A DNA stretch of 64,000 bases from contig SFCN01000001.1 in NCBI GenBank assembly GCA_004558595.1, positions 10,978-74,977 on the forward strand, given 5' to 3'. The notes beneath the pieces are model-generated. The model had not been told where the DNA came from, made no database searches, and was given only the letters and a program-made list of their open reading frames with translations. This stretch comes from Phascolarctobacterium sp. Its GTDB lineage: Bacteria > Bacillota > Negativicutes > Acidaminococcales > Acidaminococcaceae. Made by a program: the position numbers and the translations under genes. Position 1 is the first letter of the stretch. Every line of letters starts with the position of its first letter. This document shows, in pieces, positions 37,780-47,302 of this stretch.

Positions 37780-39944
37780 TAGAAAACCTCCATATCCTCC
37801 TGTAGCCTTTCCGCAAGCAGACTATGGCGACGCCGTGTTCTGTCGTTCTCCACTGCCGTCAGCACAGCTCGCTTGCTACCCACTACTAAAACCCTTTGCT
37901 TGGCCCTGGTAACTGCGGTGTAGAGCAAATTACGCTGCAGCATCACATAATGACTGGGTACCATCAGCAAAATCACATAGGGATACTCGCTACCCTGGGA
38001 CTTATGGACGCTCATAGCATAGGCCAGCTGCAGTTCATCACACTCTCCCTGAGAATAGGAAACAAAATCACCCTCAGGACGCTCAGGATAGGCCACAGTC
38101 ACCGTCTTACCTTCGATTTTATACACACGGCCAATGTCGCCGTTAAAAACATCCTTTTCGTAATTATTGCGAATCTGCATTACCTTATCCCCCACACGCA
38201 GCACGTTGCCGGGGATACTAACCTCGGCCTTGGTGGGGCTGGGAGGATTGATATACTGCTGTAATAATTTATTCAAATTTTGCACGCCGCAGGGACTTTT
38301 ATGCATGGGGCTCAGCACCTGTACCCGACGCCAATCACCATCCCTAGTTAGCTCCGCATAGGTACGAGCCACAAAATCCGCTGCCGCAGGCTCATCTAAA
38401 AACTCCTGTAAGGCGAACTCGCTCTTAGGTCCGGGAATAAACTCCGGCATCTGCCCATGGTTAATTTTGTGAGCATTGCGCACGATGGGGCTTACCTCTG
38501 CCTGACGGAACACATTTTCCAAGCGCACCACAGGCATTTTGCCTGAGCGAATCATGTCCTGCAGCACCGAGCCCGCGCCTACAGAGGGCAATTGATCCAC
38601 ATCACCTACGAAAATCAAGCGACAGCCGCCCTTAACAGCCTTCAACAGATGATAGGTCAGATTAATATCCAGCATGGAGGCCTCGTCTATAATTATTGCC
38701 TCAGCATCCAAGGGATCCTCATCGTTTTTGCCAAAATAGAGCCCATCCCCACTGGGCTGGAACTCTAATAGTCGATGCACCGTCAGCGCCGGATGCCCTG
38801 CAGAATCCGCCAAGCGTCTGGCCGCTCTGCCCGTGGGCGCAGCCAAAAGAATGCGACATCCTGCCTTTTCTAGCACATTCAAAACACCCTTGACAACTGT
38901 GGTTTTACCTGTTCCGGGACCGCCTGTGAGCACAAAAACGCCGTGCTCAAGGCTAGTATAAATGGCCTGCCTTTGGGCATCGGCCAACCTAATGCCGGCC
39001 TCCCTCTCCCATGCGGCTATCACATCATCAGCGTTAACACGGGTAATGGGCTTGGCCTGATCCCGCAAATACAACAAACGCCGAGCCGTTTGCACCTCGG
39101 CTCGATAGAGATATTCGGGATAAATGAAGCGCACACCCCCGACCTCTTCCAGGCGCAGCCTATCCTTTTGTAGCAGCTCGTTAAAAACAAGCTGCACAGC
39201 TTCTTGATCCACCACTAAAACACGGGCTGTTTCTCGCACCAAAAGCTCCTCCGGTACACATGTATGACCAGCGCCCGCAGCTGAAACCAGAGCATAGCTG
39301 ATGCCCGCCATAAGGCGTTCAGGGCAATCGTGCTCCATGCCCATGGCCATAGCGATTCTGTCCGCTGTTTTAAAGCCAATGCCATCGATATCATGGGCTA
39401 GGCTGTAAGGATTTTCCTTCAAGCGAGTAATGGCTGTGTTACCATACACAGCCTGCAGCTTGGCGGCATAACCACTGGATACGCCATTGGATTCTAAGAA
39501 AAGCATCAGCTCCCTCAGCCCGGACAGCTCCTGATAAGCTTCACCAATAGCTACGGCCTTTTTCGCGCTGATACCCTTTACTTTAGCCAAACGCTCAGGA
39601 TATTGCTCCAACACCAGCAAAGTATCCGTGCCAAACATTTCCACAATCCGCGCCGCCGTAACCGCACCCACCCCCGGTAAAGCTCCTGAGGCCAAAAAGC
39701 GCTCCATGCCCGCAGCTGAGGTGGGCTGCATAACCTGCAGGGAAGCAGCGTTAAACTGCTGGCCAAAGCGGGCATGCTCAACCCATTCACCCTCCAAGCT
39801 CACCTGCTCACCTAAATAGGGGGCTGGTCCACGGTAAACCACAGTAAATTTACCCAAAGCTTTATTTTCTATTCGCAGTACACTGTACATACCATCATCG
39901 CTTTGAAAGACGATGTCGGACACAATGCCCTCCTGCTTTTCCAT
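37779..39944 (-). CDS. recD2: RecD2-type SF1 ATP-dependent DNA helicase
   Basis: 721 aa. Contains GGPGTGKTT, AAPTGRAARRL, IIDEASML, and the C-terminal VHKSQGSEYP...TAVTRAK. Confidence 0.9.
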   Translation of the reverse strand: MEKQEGIVSDIVFQSDDGMYSVLRIENKALGKFTVVYRGPAPYLGEQVSLEGEWVEHARFGQQFNAASLQVMQPTSAAGMERFLASGALPGVGAVTAARIVEMFGTDTLLVLEQYPERLAKVKGISAKKAVAIGEAYQELSGLRELMLFLESNGVSSGYAAKLQAVYGNTAITRLKENPYSLAHDIDGIGFKTADRIAMAMGMEHDCPERLMAGISYALVSAAGAGHTCVPEELLVRETARVLVVDQEAVQLVFNELLQKDRLRLEEVGGVRFIYPEYLYRAEVQTARRLLYLRDQAKPITRVNADDVIAAWEREAGIRLADAQRQAIYTSLEHGVFVLTGGPGTGKTTVVKGVLNVLEKAGCRILLAAPTGRAARRLADSAGHPALTVHRLLEFQPSGDGLYFGKNDEDPLDAEAIIIDEASMLDINLTYHLLKAVKGGCRLIFVGDVDQLPSVGAGSVLQDMIRSGKMPVVRLENVFRQAEVSPIVRNAHKINHGQMPEFIPGPKSEFALQEFLDEPAAADFVARTYAELTRDGDWRRVQVLSPMHKSPCGVQNLNKLLQQYINPPSPTKAEVSIPGNVLRVGDKVMQIRNNYEKDVFNGDIGRVYKIEGKTVTVAYPERPEGDFVSYSQGECDELQLAYAMSVHKSQGSEYPYVILLMVPSHYVMLQRNLLYTAVTRAKQRVLVVGSKRAVLTAVENDRTRRRHSLLAERLQEDMEVF

Positions 39945-40037
39945 AGCTTCACCACCAATAATATCTCTTCCATAACTGATAAAACAAGCGTTTTTTCATA
40001 TTATAACACGAAAAAATGCTTTCGTGGAGCATTTAGC

Positions 40038-40066
40038 TTTACAGGCTTTATTTTTTTAGCTATAAT
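40038..40066 (+). promoter_or_regulatory. Sigma-70 promoter
   Basis: TTTACA - 17 nt - TATAAT. It lies inside the 5' extension of ORF 39903-40628, which argues for the shorter CDS. Confidence 0.65.
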
Positions 40067-40145
40067 ATATTATAAGCGAGCCTCCAAGCTAAAGCAGAGC
40101 AGACGAGGGCCGCTATTTGCTTATTTTATTTTTAGGGGTGTAAAC

Positions 40146-40628
40146 GTGAAACAAAAAGCTTTTCTTGGCAAATTAATTGCTATTGATATGTATAATTGTG
40201 GTATGGAGGAAATCACCGCTTCCACCGTAGCGGAAGAATTATTGCGCAAGGGCTGCGAAGAATTCGCTATGCATTGCCAGCAAATCGTCTGCTACCAGGA
40301 GGAGGGAGCTAAGGAGTATTCCCTCTTTGCCATTTGCCAGCAAGGCCATGTAACCTTGCACATTTATCCGGAAATGGGCTTTATGACAGCAGATATATTC
40401 AGCTGCTGCAATGACGCTGATCCAGCCAGCTTGGCTCGCTACCTGCGTGAAGCCTATGATGCCGATAAATCTAAGATTACCCTCTTAGACCGTGGCGATT
40501 TCGGCAGCAAAAACGATATGAAGCCTACCCACCGCTCCAAAATCAAATTGATTCGCCGCACCAAAAATGTTACCAGTAGTATGGGCAGCAAGCTGAAAAA
40601 GATGATGATGAAGCCCCGCTCCATATAA
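40146..40628 (+). CDS. S-adenosylmethionine-decarboxylase-fold protein lacking the processing serine
   Basis: GTG start behind AGGGGTG. Collinear by eye with Bacillus SpeD: GKLIAIDMYNC ~ GRHVISELWGC, and HVTLHIYPEMGFMTADIFSC ~ [20 protein letters not shown]. The ES cleavage dipeptide is QG here. The C-terminus has a basic tail. Confidence 0.6.
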   Translation: MKQKAFLGKLIAIDMYNCGMEEITASTVAEELLRKGCEEFAMHCQQIVCYQEEGAKEYSLFAICQQGHVTLHIYPEMGFMTADIFSCCNDADPASLARYLREAYDADKSKITLLDRGDFGSKNDMKPTHRSKIKLIRRTKNVTSSMGSKLKKMMMKPRSI

Positions 40629-40718
40629 CGCTCCTTTCCAAGCTCAAAAGGCTGCCACTTTGGCAGCTTTTTTCTATGCTGCTTTGATAGTACTTCCCCA
40701 TTGAAGGAGGTTAATTGA

Positions 40719-41414
40719 ATGAAGTATCTTATGTGGGATATTGACGGCACCCTCATCCTCACCGGTGGTGCCGGCAAGGATGCCATGATTAATGTTATTA
40801 AGGATTATTATTTTCTCGATGCCTTTGACTTTACCAGCTCCCTAGCTGGTCGCACGGATTCGGATATCATAAAATCCGTGGTCACTAGGCTCAGAGGTCG
40901 CTGTAGCAGCGCTGAAGCCGCAGGCCTTTTAATTCGTTATCATATGGAGCTGCCCAAGCAGCTGCCCCTGCACAAGGGTAGAGTCCTGAAAAACGTGGAA
41001 AAAACGCTGGCTTATTTTGCTCAGCCAGGCAGTAAATACCTAAACTGCCTGCTCACGGGCAATACTCGTACAGGTTCTCAAGAAAAGCTGGCCTATTACG
41101 GCTTGGACAAGTATTTTTCCTTTGATCACAGCGTTTTCGGTGAGGTCAGCGAAAAGCGTGAGGAGCTGGCACGCATTGCTTTTTCACGCTTCTTTCTCAT
41201 GCATAACCAAATCTTTTCCCCGGAGCAGATGCTTTTTATAGGTGATACGCCTAATGATGTGAAATGCGCTCACTCCATTGGCGCTCGCTGCCTTGTAGTG
41301 TTGGATGGCTCTGGCTACAAGCGAGAGAATTTTGAAGCTTGCCAGCCTTGGAAAATACTTGACCACCTTCCTGATGAGCCTCAGGAACTGGAAAAGCTCT
41401 TTGATGAAGCTTAG
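40719..41414 (+). CDS. HAD-superfamily hydrolase
   Basis: Motif I WDIDGTL, and motif IV-like FIGDTPNDV. Confidence 0.8.
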   Translation: MKYLMWDIDGTLILTGGAGKDAMINVIKDYYFLDAFDFTSSLAGRTDSDIIKSVVTRLRGRCSSAEAAGLLIRYHMELPKQLPLHKGRVLKNVEKTLAYFAQPGSKYLNCLLTGNTRTGSQEKLAYYGLDKYFSFDHSVFGEVSEKREELARIAFSRFFLMHNQIFSPEQMLFIGDTPNDVKCAHSIGARCLVVLDGSGYKRENFEACQPWKILDHLPDEPQELEKLFDEA

Positions 41415-41432
41415 TCTGAAAGCTGGTGTATT

Positions 41433-42197
41433 ATGAAGATTTTATGTAAAATATTTGCCTTGAGCATCATCTGCTCCATGGTGCTGCTCTTACAGCCTCT
41501 TGCAGCTCAGGCCTATAGCAATGCTGATTTGGCAGCGGTAGAAAAGGGAGCTAGCTGCCCCGGCGGTGATTTATCCGGAGCGGATTTGTCTGGCTATAAT
41601 TTATCAGGACGGGACTTCGCTGGTACGGACTTTACGGAGGCGCGGCTTGATGGTACTAATCTAGACAAGGCCCAGCTCCACAATGCTGTTTTTCGAAATG
41701 CCATCCTGCATCGTAGCCGTTTGCGTGATGCGGATTTAACTGATGCTGATTTGAGCTATGTACAGGCCGCGGATGCCGATTTTACCAATGCCAAAATGGA
41801 CAGGGCCCAGCTCTTTCGCAGCCAGCTGCCGGGCAGCAAGCTGCTCAACGTAAGTCTGCAATACGCTCAAATTCAGGAAGCAGTTCTGGACAATATTCAG
41901 GGTGATTATGCTGACTTTAGTCATGCCAGTCTCCCCTATAGCTGGCTACGCTCTGCCAATCTGCCCAATGCTTGTTTCTACGGTGCAAACATGTATAGCA
42001 CTCACATGGCTAAGGCCGACCTGACCCATGCTGACCTACGCAGCGCCAAGCTGGGCCATAGCGATTTGCAGCAAGCCAAGCTCAGCAGAGCCCTCCTAGA
42101 TAGAGCTGTCTTAGAATATGCCGACCTGCGAGGCGCAGAATTGGAATATACTCAATTTGGCACTGCCTTCAAGGACCATGCAAAATTTGATAAATAA
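41433..42197 (+). CDS. Secreted pentapeptide-repeat protein
   Basis: Signal peptide ...PLAAQA, then tandem A(D/N)LxX repeats (ADLSGADLSGYNLSGRDFAGTDFTEARL...). Confidence 0.85.
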   Translation: MKILCKIFALSIICSMVLLLQPLAAQAYSNADLAAVEKGASCPGGDLSGADLSGYNLSGRDFAGTDFTEARLDGTNLDKAQLHNAVFRNAILHRSRLRDADLTDADLSYVQAADADFTNAKMDRAQLFRSQLPGSKLLNVSLQYAQIQEAVLDNIQGDYADFSHASLPYSWLRSANLPNACFYGANMYSTHMAKADLTHADLRSAKLGHSDLQQAKLSRALLDRAVLEYADLRGAELEYTQFGTAFKDHAKFDK

Positions 42198-42253
42198 TTA
42201 CTAAAACAATACCTTAATTGCTTTAAGAAAAGCTTATCCGCAAAATATTACCT

Positions 42254-42284
42254 ACGCCACCAGTTCTGGTGGCGTTTTTATTTT
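42254..42284 (+). terminator. Terminator (convergent junction)
   Basis: ACGCCACC...GGTGGCGT followed by TTTTTATTTT. Confidence 0.7.
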
Positions 42285-42868
42285 GCTGCTATTACTACAC
42301 AGCTCAGGTCTAGCCTTGCGGCAACAATCCCTAAGCCATCCCCCTTGATTTCGATGCTCTTTATGCCGATTCGCTGCTTTTCCACCTGCTTCAGCCAGTG
42401 TATCACCGCAAAATATTCACCTGCTAGCTCCAGCTTAAGCTGTACCTTGCTCATGCCGAGGGCCGCTTCCTTGGCTGCGGGCTGCTTTCCTTTTTCCTCA
42501 GTGATAATTTGCATGTTCTTTATTTCCACTCGCTGCTTAACAGCCCAAAGCTGCAGCTGCTTGGACAGCTGATTTATTTCACCGAGCTGCTGCACCTTTT
42601 GCTTTAAATGTACTAATTCCTTGAATTTACCTGCTTCATAAGCCTGGTAATCAGCGTGCTGGTTGGCAAATCGAGCTATTCGCTCCAATCTATCCTTTTG
42701 CTGCTGCCGTTGCTGCCAAATGCCCTGTAGCTTCATGTAGCTGGGCACTACCATTTGCGTCATGGTCAAGCCCAGCACCGCTACGCTCATACATAGCAAG
42801 GCTGCATTACCAATCCCTTTTCCCCGAACGTCTAGGCTGAAGGCTTTTTTATGCTCCTTAATTCCCAT
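42278..42868 (-). CDS. PilO-like type IV pilus assembly protein (tentative)
   Basis: N-terminal TM, then coiled coil, then a small C-terminal domain. Follows a PilM/N-like gene with an overlapping stop/start. Confidence 0.45.
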   Translation of the reverse strand: MGIKEHKKAFSLDVRGKGIGNAALLCMSVAVLGLTMTQMVVPSYMKLQGIWQQRQQQKDRLERIARFANQHADYQAYEAGKFKELVHLKQKVQQLGEINQLSKQLQLWAVKQRVEIKNMQIITEEKGKQPAAKEAALGMSKVQLKLELAGEYFAVIHWLKQVEKQRIGIKSIEIKGDGLGIVAARLDLSCVVIAAK

Positions 42869-43997
42869 TATCTTTAACTCCTAAGCTAAAGCTCAACCGC
42901 TGCCCATGCTGCTGGCTGTTCAACAAGCGCACCTGAGTCAGCTTCGGGTCCTGCTCTAAATTCTCCAGCAGCCTATGCAAGGCCTCCGGCCCATAGCAGG
43001 ACCCTTCCAGCTGCCATTCCTTGCTTTTTCCTTCTCCTCGTAGTAGCTCCAGCCAGCAGCCCGCGCTCATCCTTTGCCCTATTCTCTGTACAGTACTACT
43101 CATGCGGCTAGCGTTCTCTTGCATTCTTTTATCCATACTGTGATAACGCTGCAAATCCGCTTCCAGCCTTTGGCTGCGCTCCATTCTTTGCTGCCATAGC
43201 GTATACTGTCCTATTTCTTGATTAATACTCTTCAGGCTCCAGCTAGCCAAATAACAGCTAGCCTGTCCTACCACATAAAGGACTACGCTTAAGGCCAAGC
43301 AGGCCTTGCAAAATTTTTTTGGGTACTCAGAATTAAGTAGCTGCTCAGCTTTACCCTGCCAAGAAACACCTACCCCATGTAAGCTCCAATTTTGCAAGCC
43401 GTAGCCCTTATACCATGCCTGCTGCACCCTTTCCTTCTTGATGCCCACGAGAATTCCCCGAAGCTTAAGATGCAGCTCCATGGTCATGTCCCTAGCAAGC
43501 TGCGCTTGCTGGGTCGGCCATGCCCACAGCTGCACCTGCAGCTTACCTTCCTCCACCTCAGATGCGGCGAAGGCAGTGTTATAGGTGCCCTCCTCCCAAG
43601 GAACCAGCTGCTGCGCCTCCCAAGGGATGGCCTGCAGCAGCTGCTTCTCTTGGAGCAAGGGCAGCTCCAGCTGCTCGCTAAACACCAGCTGCTCCTCTAA
43701 AAGCATAATTGTGTCCACCATCTCCGGCACTCTCGCCCAGATGAACACATCTAGCAACACCTCTTTGACCTGCTGCCACCAGCTCTCCTCCCCCTCCTGC
43801 CAAGCCTGGGGTAAAGCCTTTTCCTTTTGCCATAAGCAGCAATCCCTTTGCCAGCAGCTGACCTGCACATTCGTGCTACTTACTTCAAGCACCACCAGCT
43901 GCTTTTGTTTGCGACCTTCCCTTTGCCATTGCTTGCGTAGGTTACGCCAAGCACTAATGTATTTTTCCTGACCGTCCGCTTTTCTCTGATTTAACAT
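42858..43997 (-). CDS. PilM-PilN-like fusion protein, Trp/Gln-rich (tentative)
   Basis: Start at ATG 43997 (AAGGAGGAAG RBS). The PilM-like segment is LELPLLQEKQLLQAIPWEAQQLVPWEEGTYNTAF. A central TM (ALSVVLYVVGQASCYLASW) is followed by a PilN-like coiled coil. Confidence 0.45.
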   Translation of the reverse strand: MLNQRKADGQEKYISAWRNLRKQWQREGRKQKQLVVLEVSSTNVQVSCWQRDCCLWQKEKALPQAWQEGEESWWQQVKEVLLDVFIWARVPEMVDTIMLLEEQLVFSEQLELPLLQEKQLLQAIPWEAQQLVPWEEGTYNTAFAASEVEEGKLQVQLWAWPTQQAQLARDMTMELHLKLRGILVGIKKERVQQAWYKGYGLQNWSLHGVGVSWQGKAEQLLNSEYPKKFCKACLALSVVLYVVGQASCYLASWSLKSINQEIGQYTLWQQRMERSQRLEADLQRYHSMDKRMQENASRMSSTVQRIGQRMSAGCWLELLRGEGKSKEWQLEGSCYGPEALHRLLENLEQDPKLTQVRLLNSQQHGQRLSFSLGVKDNGN

Positions 43998-44109
43998 AAA
44001 ACTTCCTCCTTCCATACTTTCATAAGAGCTTTTTCTTGCAAATTTTTTTCTGAAAGCCCAAAAAACTCCACAAAAATTTACAATTCAATCCGTGCTTTTT
44101 AAGCATCTT

Positions 44110-44592
44110 TTACCAATTTCCCATGAACTTCCCGTACCACGCCAGAATTTCATTTCCATACATATAGCAAGCGAAGCCGCTCAAAGCCAAACAGGGCCCG
44201 AAGGGTAGCTCCTTTTTCGCGTCCTTTTTTTGCAGCAAAATGATGCTTCCACCTATGACTGCACCACTAACAAAGGCCAATAGCAGGCAGGCCAAGCCCT
44301 TCTCTACGCCCAGCCACAGGCCTAAAACAGCGGCTAGCTTAACATCGCCCTCGCCCATGCCGCCTCGGCTAGCATAGTAAACAAGCAGCATGAGCCCAAG
44401 GAGCAGGAAACAGCCTAGCCAAGCCTCCATGAGCTGACCCGTGCTCCACCCTCGCCACAGTCCTAGCAAAGCTAAGCAGCAATTAGTGCTATCGTAAAGC
44501 AAAAGAAAACGCACATCCGTATAGCTATGATAGGCTAAGCCAAGCAGTAAGCCTAAGCCATATAAGTCCATAAGCATAAACTCCTTTACCAT
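44110..44592 (-). CDS. pilD: Prepilin peptidase (A24 family), short form
   Basis: 160-aa polytopic protein with DVRF and GMGEGDVKLAAVLGLWLG aspartyl motifs. No N-terminal methyltransferase domain. Confidence 0.75.
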   Translation of the reverse strand: MVKEFMLMDLYGLGLLLGLAYHSYTDVRFLLLYDSTNCCLALLGLWRGWSTGQLMEAWLGCFLLLGLMLLVYYASRGGMGEGDVKLAAVLGLWLGVEKGLACLLLAFVSGAVIGGSIILLQKKDAKKELPFGPCLALSGFACYMYGNEILAWYGKFMGNW

Positions 44593-44610
44593 TTAGAAAA
44601 TAGCTCCAAA

Positions 44611-44650
44611 CAAAAAGGCTCCTGTACTACAAATCGCAATACAGGAGCCT
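44611..44650 (-). terminator. Intrinsic terminator after ppsA
   Basis: 11-bp stem AGGCTCCTGTA/TACAGGAGCCT followed by TTTTTG on the minus strand. Confidence 0.8.
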
Positions 44651-44733
44651 TAAGCTCACACTATTATCTTGTTAGCTATAGTATAAACCACCACAGCAAA
44701 TCTGTCAATAGTTTTTAGAAAATTCTTATTTGA

Positions 44734-47112
44734 TTACCAATTCAAATCTTCAGCCTCTTGGCGACCACGACCGGTGAGAGCGTCCAGCATAATGCGTTGC
44801 TCAATTTGAGCAGCCAGCTTCTTGGTAAACTTCACGGTATCGGGGTTTACAGACATGCTGTCGATGCCGCTCTTAATCAGGAATTCGCAGAATTCAGGAT
44901 ATACGCTGGGAGCTTGACCGCAGATGGATACGGTCTTACCGCCCTTGTGAGCAACCTCGATCAGGTGACGGATAGCACGGCGTACTGCCAGATTACGCTC
45001 GTCATAGATATGGGATACGGTGTCGTTATCACGGTCGCAGCCCAGTACCAACATGGTCAAATCGTTAGAGCCAATGGAATAGCCGTCAACATAGTTGTTG
45101 AATTGGTCTGCCAAAATAATGTTGGAGGGGATTTCAGCCATCAGCCAAACCTTAAAGTCCTTGCCACGGCGTAGACCGCAGTCAGCCATAATAGCTACAA
45201 CCTTTTCGCATTCCTCTACATTGCGGCAGAAGGGAATCATGACATTCAGGTTCTTCAGGCCGAACTCTTCGCGTACCTTGCGTACAGCCAAGCATTCCAG
45301 CTTGAAGGCTTCGATATATTTAGGATCATAGTAACGGGAAGCGCCGCGCCAGCCCAGCAGAGCAGAGGGTTCATAGGGCTCGAATTCGTCGCCACCCTTC
45401 AAATCGCGATATTCGCTGGATTTAAAGTCGGAGAAGCGTAGGGTAACCGGTCTGGGAGCCATAGCTTGGCAAACTTGGCGGATGCCCTCAGCCAATTGGT
45501 CCACAACCTTTTCCGGTTGACCAATCTTAATCAAATACAGGGGATGCTCATGGATATAGGTAGTCCAGATGAACTCTTCACGCATCAGGCCGATACCATC
45601 GCAGGGCAGAGTGCTGTATTTTTCTGCCAACTCAGGGTCACCCAGGTTCATGTAAATCTTGGTGCCGGTGGGCGGGAAATATTCTGCAGCAGCGACAACT
45701 TGTTGAGCAGGTTGTTCAGCCTTGGGCTCTTCGATGATGCCTTCATAAACAACGCCATGGGTAGCATCAATAGTTACATCAATGCCATCAGGAATAGTAG
45801 TGGTAGCAGCTTCGCCACGGCTCTTGGTGCCAACAATACAGGGAATGCCCAGCTCGCGAGATACGATGGAAGCGTGGCAGGTCATGCCGCCGCTATCGGT
45901 TACGATGGCTTTCGCCTTCTTCATAGCCGGTACCCAGTCAGGAGCGGTCATTTCGGTTACCAGGATTTCGCCTTCCTTAAACTCGTCAATGCGGGAAGGA
46001 TCCAGAATTACGTGTACGCGGCCAGCCACATTACCAGGGCTAGCAGGCAAGCCTTTTACAATTACTTTGCGGTCAGTAGTCACTTTTTTCTCCTCTTTCG
46101 GTGCGCCACCATTTTCTTTATTGCGACGGCTCCATACGGTTTCCGGGCGAGCTTGCAGGATGTAAACCTTGTTGTCGCGCTCGTCAACGCCCCACTCCAT
46201 GTCCATGTAGCAGCCATAGTGAGCTTCGATTTTCTTAGCGCATTCAGCCAATTCCTTGATTTGAGCGTCGGTAAGCTTTTGCTCGTTTTGCTCGTCCAAG
46301 GGAACGATTACTTCTTCGCAATCGCCGGTCGCCTTGCGTACCAGCTTAATATCTTGAGCGTTAACATTTTTCTCAATGATTTCGCCAGTTGCTTTATTAA
46401 TAGTATAGTTATCAGGAGTTACAGTGCCTTGTACTACATATTCGCCCAAACCCCAAGCGCCTTCGATAAGAATGTTCTTGTCGTCGCCGGTAGCAACGTT
46501 AACGGTGAACATAACGCCTGCAGCCTTGGAGAATACCATCATTTGCACGGCAGCGGAGAGAGCTACGTCCAGATGGTCAAAGCCTTGTTTTTCACGATAG
46601 TAAACAGCGCGGTCAGTAAAGCAGGATGCATAGCATTCCTTAACCTTGGCTACGATAGTAGCAGCCCCTTTAACGTTCAGATAAGTATCCTGTTGACCAG
46701 CGAAGGAAGCGTCCGGCAGGTCCTCAGCGGTAGCGCTGGAGCGAACAGCCACGAAGGGATCGGCTTGGCCAACCTTTTTGCCCAGCTCTTCATAAGCCTC
46801 TGCAATCAATTGTTGCAGGTCGGCAGGCATTTCCTTGTCCATGATAGCTTGGCGAATTTTAGCGCACACCTCACGCAGCTGAGCGCTATTGTCGACATCC
46901 AAACCTGCAATCAATTCTTTGATTTCATCATACAGGCCGGTGTTTTCAAAGAAATATCTGTAAGCACAGGCGGTGGTTGCAAAACCGTAGGGCACGGGAA
47001 CATCCACATGGGAGGTCAATTCACCCAAAGAGGATGACTTGCCGCCAGCAATAGCCACGTCTTTTCTTTCCAGTTGGTCGAACCACAGCAAAAATGCTTT
47101 GTCTTTTTCCAT
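44734..47112 (-). CDS. ppsA: Phosphoenolpyruvate synthase (pyruvate, water dikinase)
   Basis: Start re-picked at MEKDKAFLLWFDQLERKDVAIAGGKSSSLGEL (AAGGAG RBS). Phosphohistidine site GGMTCHASIVSRELGIPCIV. C-terminal PEP-utilising domain with GSNDLTM. Confidence 0.95.
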   Translation of the reverse strand: MEKDKAFLLWFDQLERKDVAIAGGKSSSLGELTSHVDVPVPYGFATTACAYRYFFENTGLYDEIKELIAGLDVDNSAQLREVCAKIRQAIMDKEMPADLQQLIAEAYEELGKKVGQADPFVAVRSSATAEDLPDASFAGQQDTYLNVKGAATIVAKVKECYASCFTDRAVYYREKQGFDHLDVALSAAVQMMVFSKAAGVMFTVNVATGDDKNILIEGAWGLGEYVVQGTVTPDNYTINKATGEIIEKNVNAQDIKLVRKATGDCEEVIVPLDEQNEQKLTDAQIKELAECAKKIEAHYGCYMDMEWGVDERDNKVYILQARPETVWSRRNKENGGAPKEEKKVTTDRKVIVKGLPASPGNVAGRVHVILDPSRIDEFKEGEILVTEMTAPDWVPAMKKAKAIVTDSGGMTCHASIVSRELGIPCIVGTKSRGEAATTTIPDGIDVTIDATHGVVYEGIIEEPKAEQPAQQVVAAAEYFPPTGTKIYMNLGDPELAEKYSTLPCDGIGLMREEFIWTTYIHEHPLYLIKIGQPEKVVDQLAEGIRQVCQAMAPRPVTLRFSDFKSSEYRDLKGGDEFEPYEPSALLGWRGASRYYDPKYIEAFKLECLAVRKVREEFGLKNLNVMIPFCRNVEECEKVVAIMADCGLRRGKDFKVWLMAEIPSNIILADQFNNYVDGYSIGSNDLTMLVLGCDRDNDTVSHIYDERNLAVRRAIRHLIEVAHKGGKTVSICGQAPSVYPEFCEFLIKSGIDSMSVNPDTVKFTKKLAAQIEQRIMLDALTGRGRQEAEDLNW

Positions 47113-47250
47113 TTTTCTTAGCTCCTTTTTCAATATGCTATACTTAATTTCTGGAGAACTCTTCAATTTAGTGTATACTATATCATATTTGCGGAGCATA
47201 TTCAAGTCTCTTAACACAAATTTTACAAATTTTTCTTTTCTCTTTCGCAT

Positions 47251-47279
47251 TTGACAAAACTCGGGACCACGCTTATAAT
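47251..47279 (+). promoter_or_regulatory. Perfect-consensus sigma-70 promoter
   Basis: TTGACA (47251-47256) - 17 nt - TATAAT (47274-47279). Confidence 0.75.
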
Positions 47280-47302
47280 GTTAGACGAGAAAGGATGGAA
47301 TT

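Noticed and set aside
39903-40145. The 5' extension of ORF 39903-40628 (the 241-aa version).
   Set aside because: The extension overlaps the recD2 start and contains a good TTTACA-17-TATAAT promoter. The SpeD-like homology begins only after the GTG at 40146, which has an RBS.
45466-47037. A 523-aa plus-strand ORF, with similar long ORFs at 11352-12281, 58627-59586, 20913-21617, 22856-23695 and 12857-13498.
   Set aside because: Each lies antisense to a gene with unmistakable family motifs (ppsA, secF, acyl-CoA dehydrogenase, yebC, metK, secD). They have low-complexity, stop-poor composition, no RBS and no recognisable domains. They are shadow ORFs.
47113-47250. The N-terminal extension of ppsA, with similar extensions of rluD (58034-58090), gmk, the thiolase, the SBP, ruvB and the 52160 ORF.
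   Set aside because: Homology to the families starts at internal ATGs that have strong RBSs. Several track starts are TTG or GTG codons shown as M, or they overlap upstream genes or terminators.
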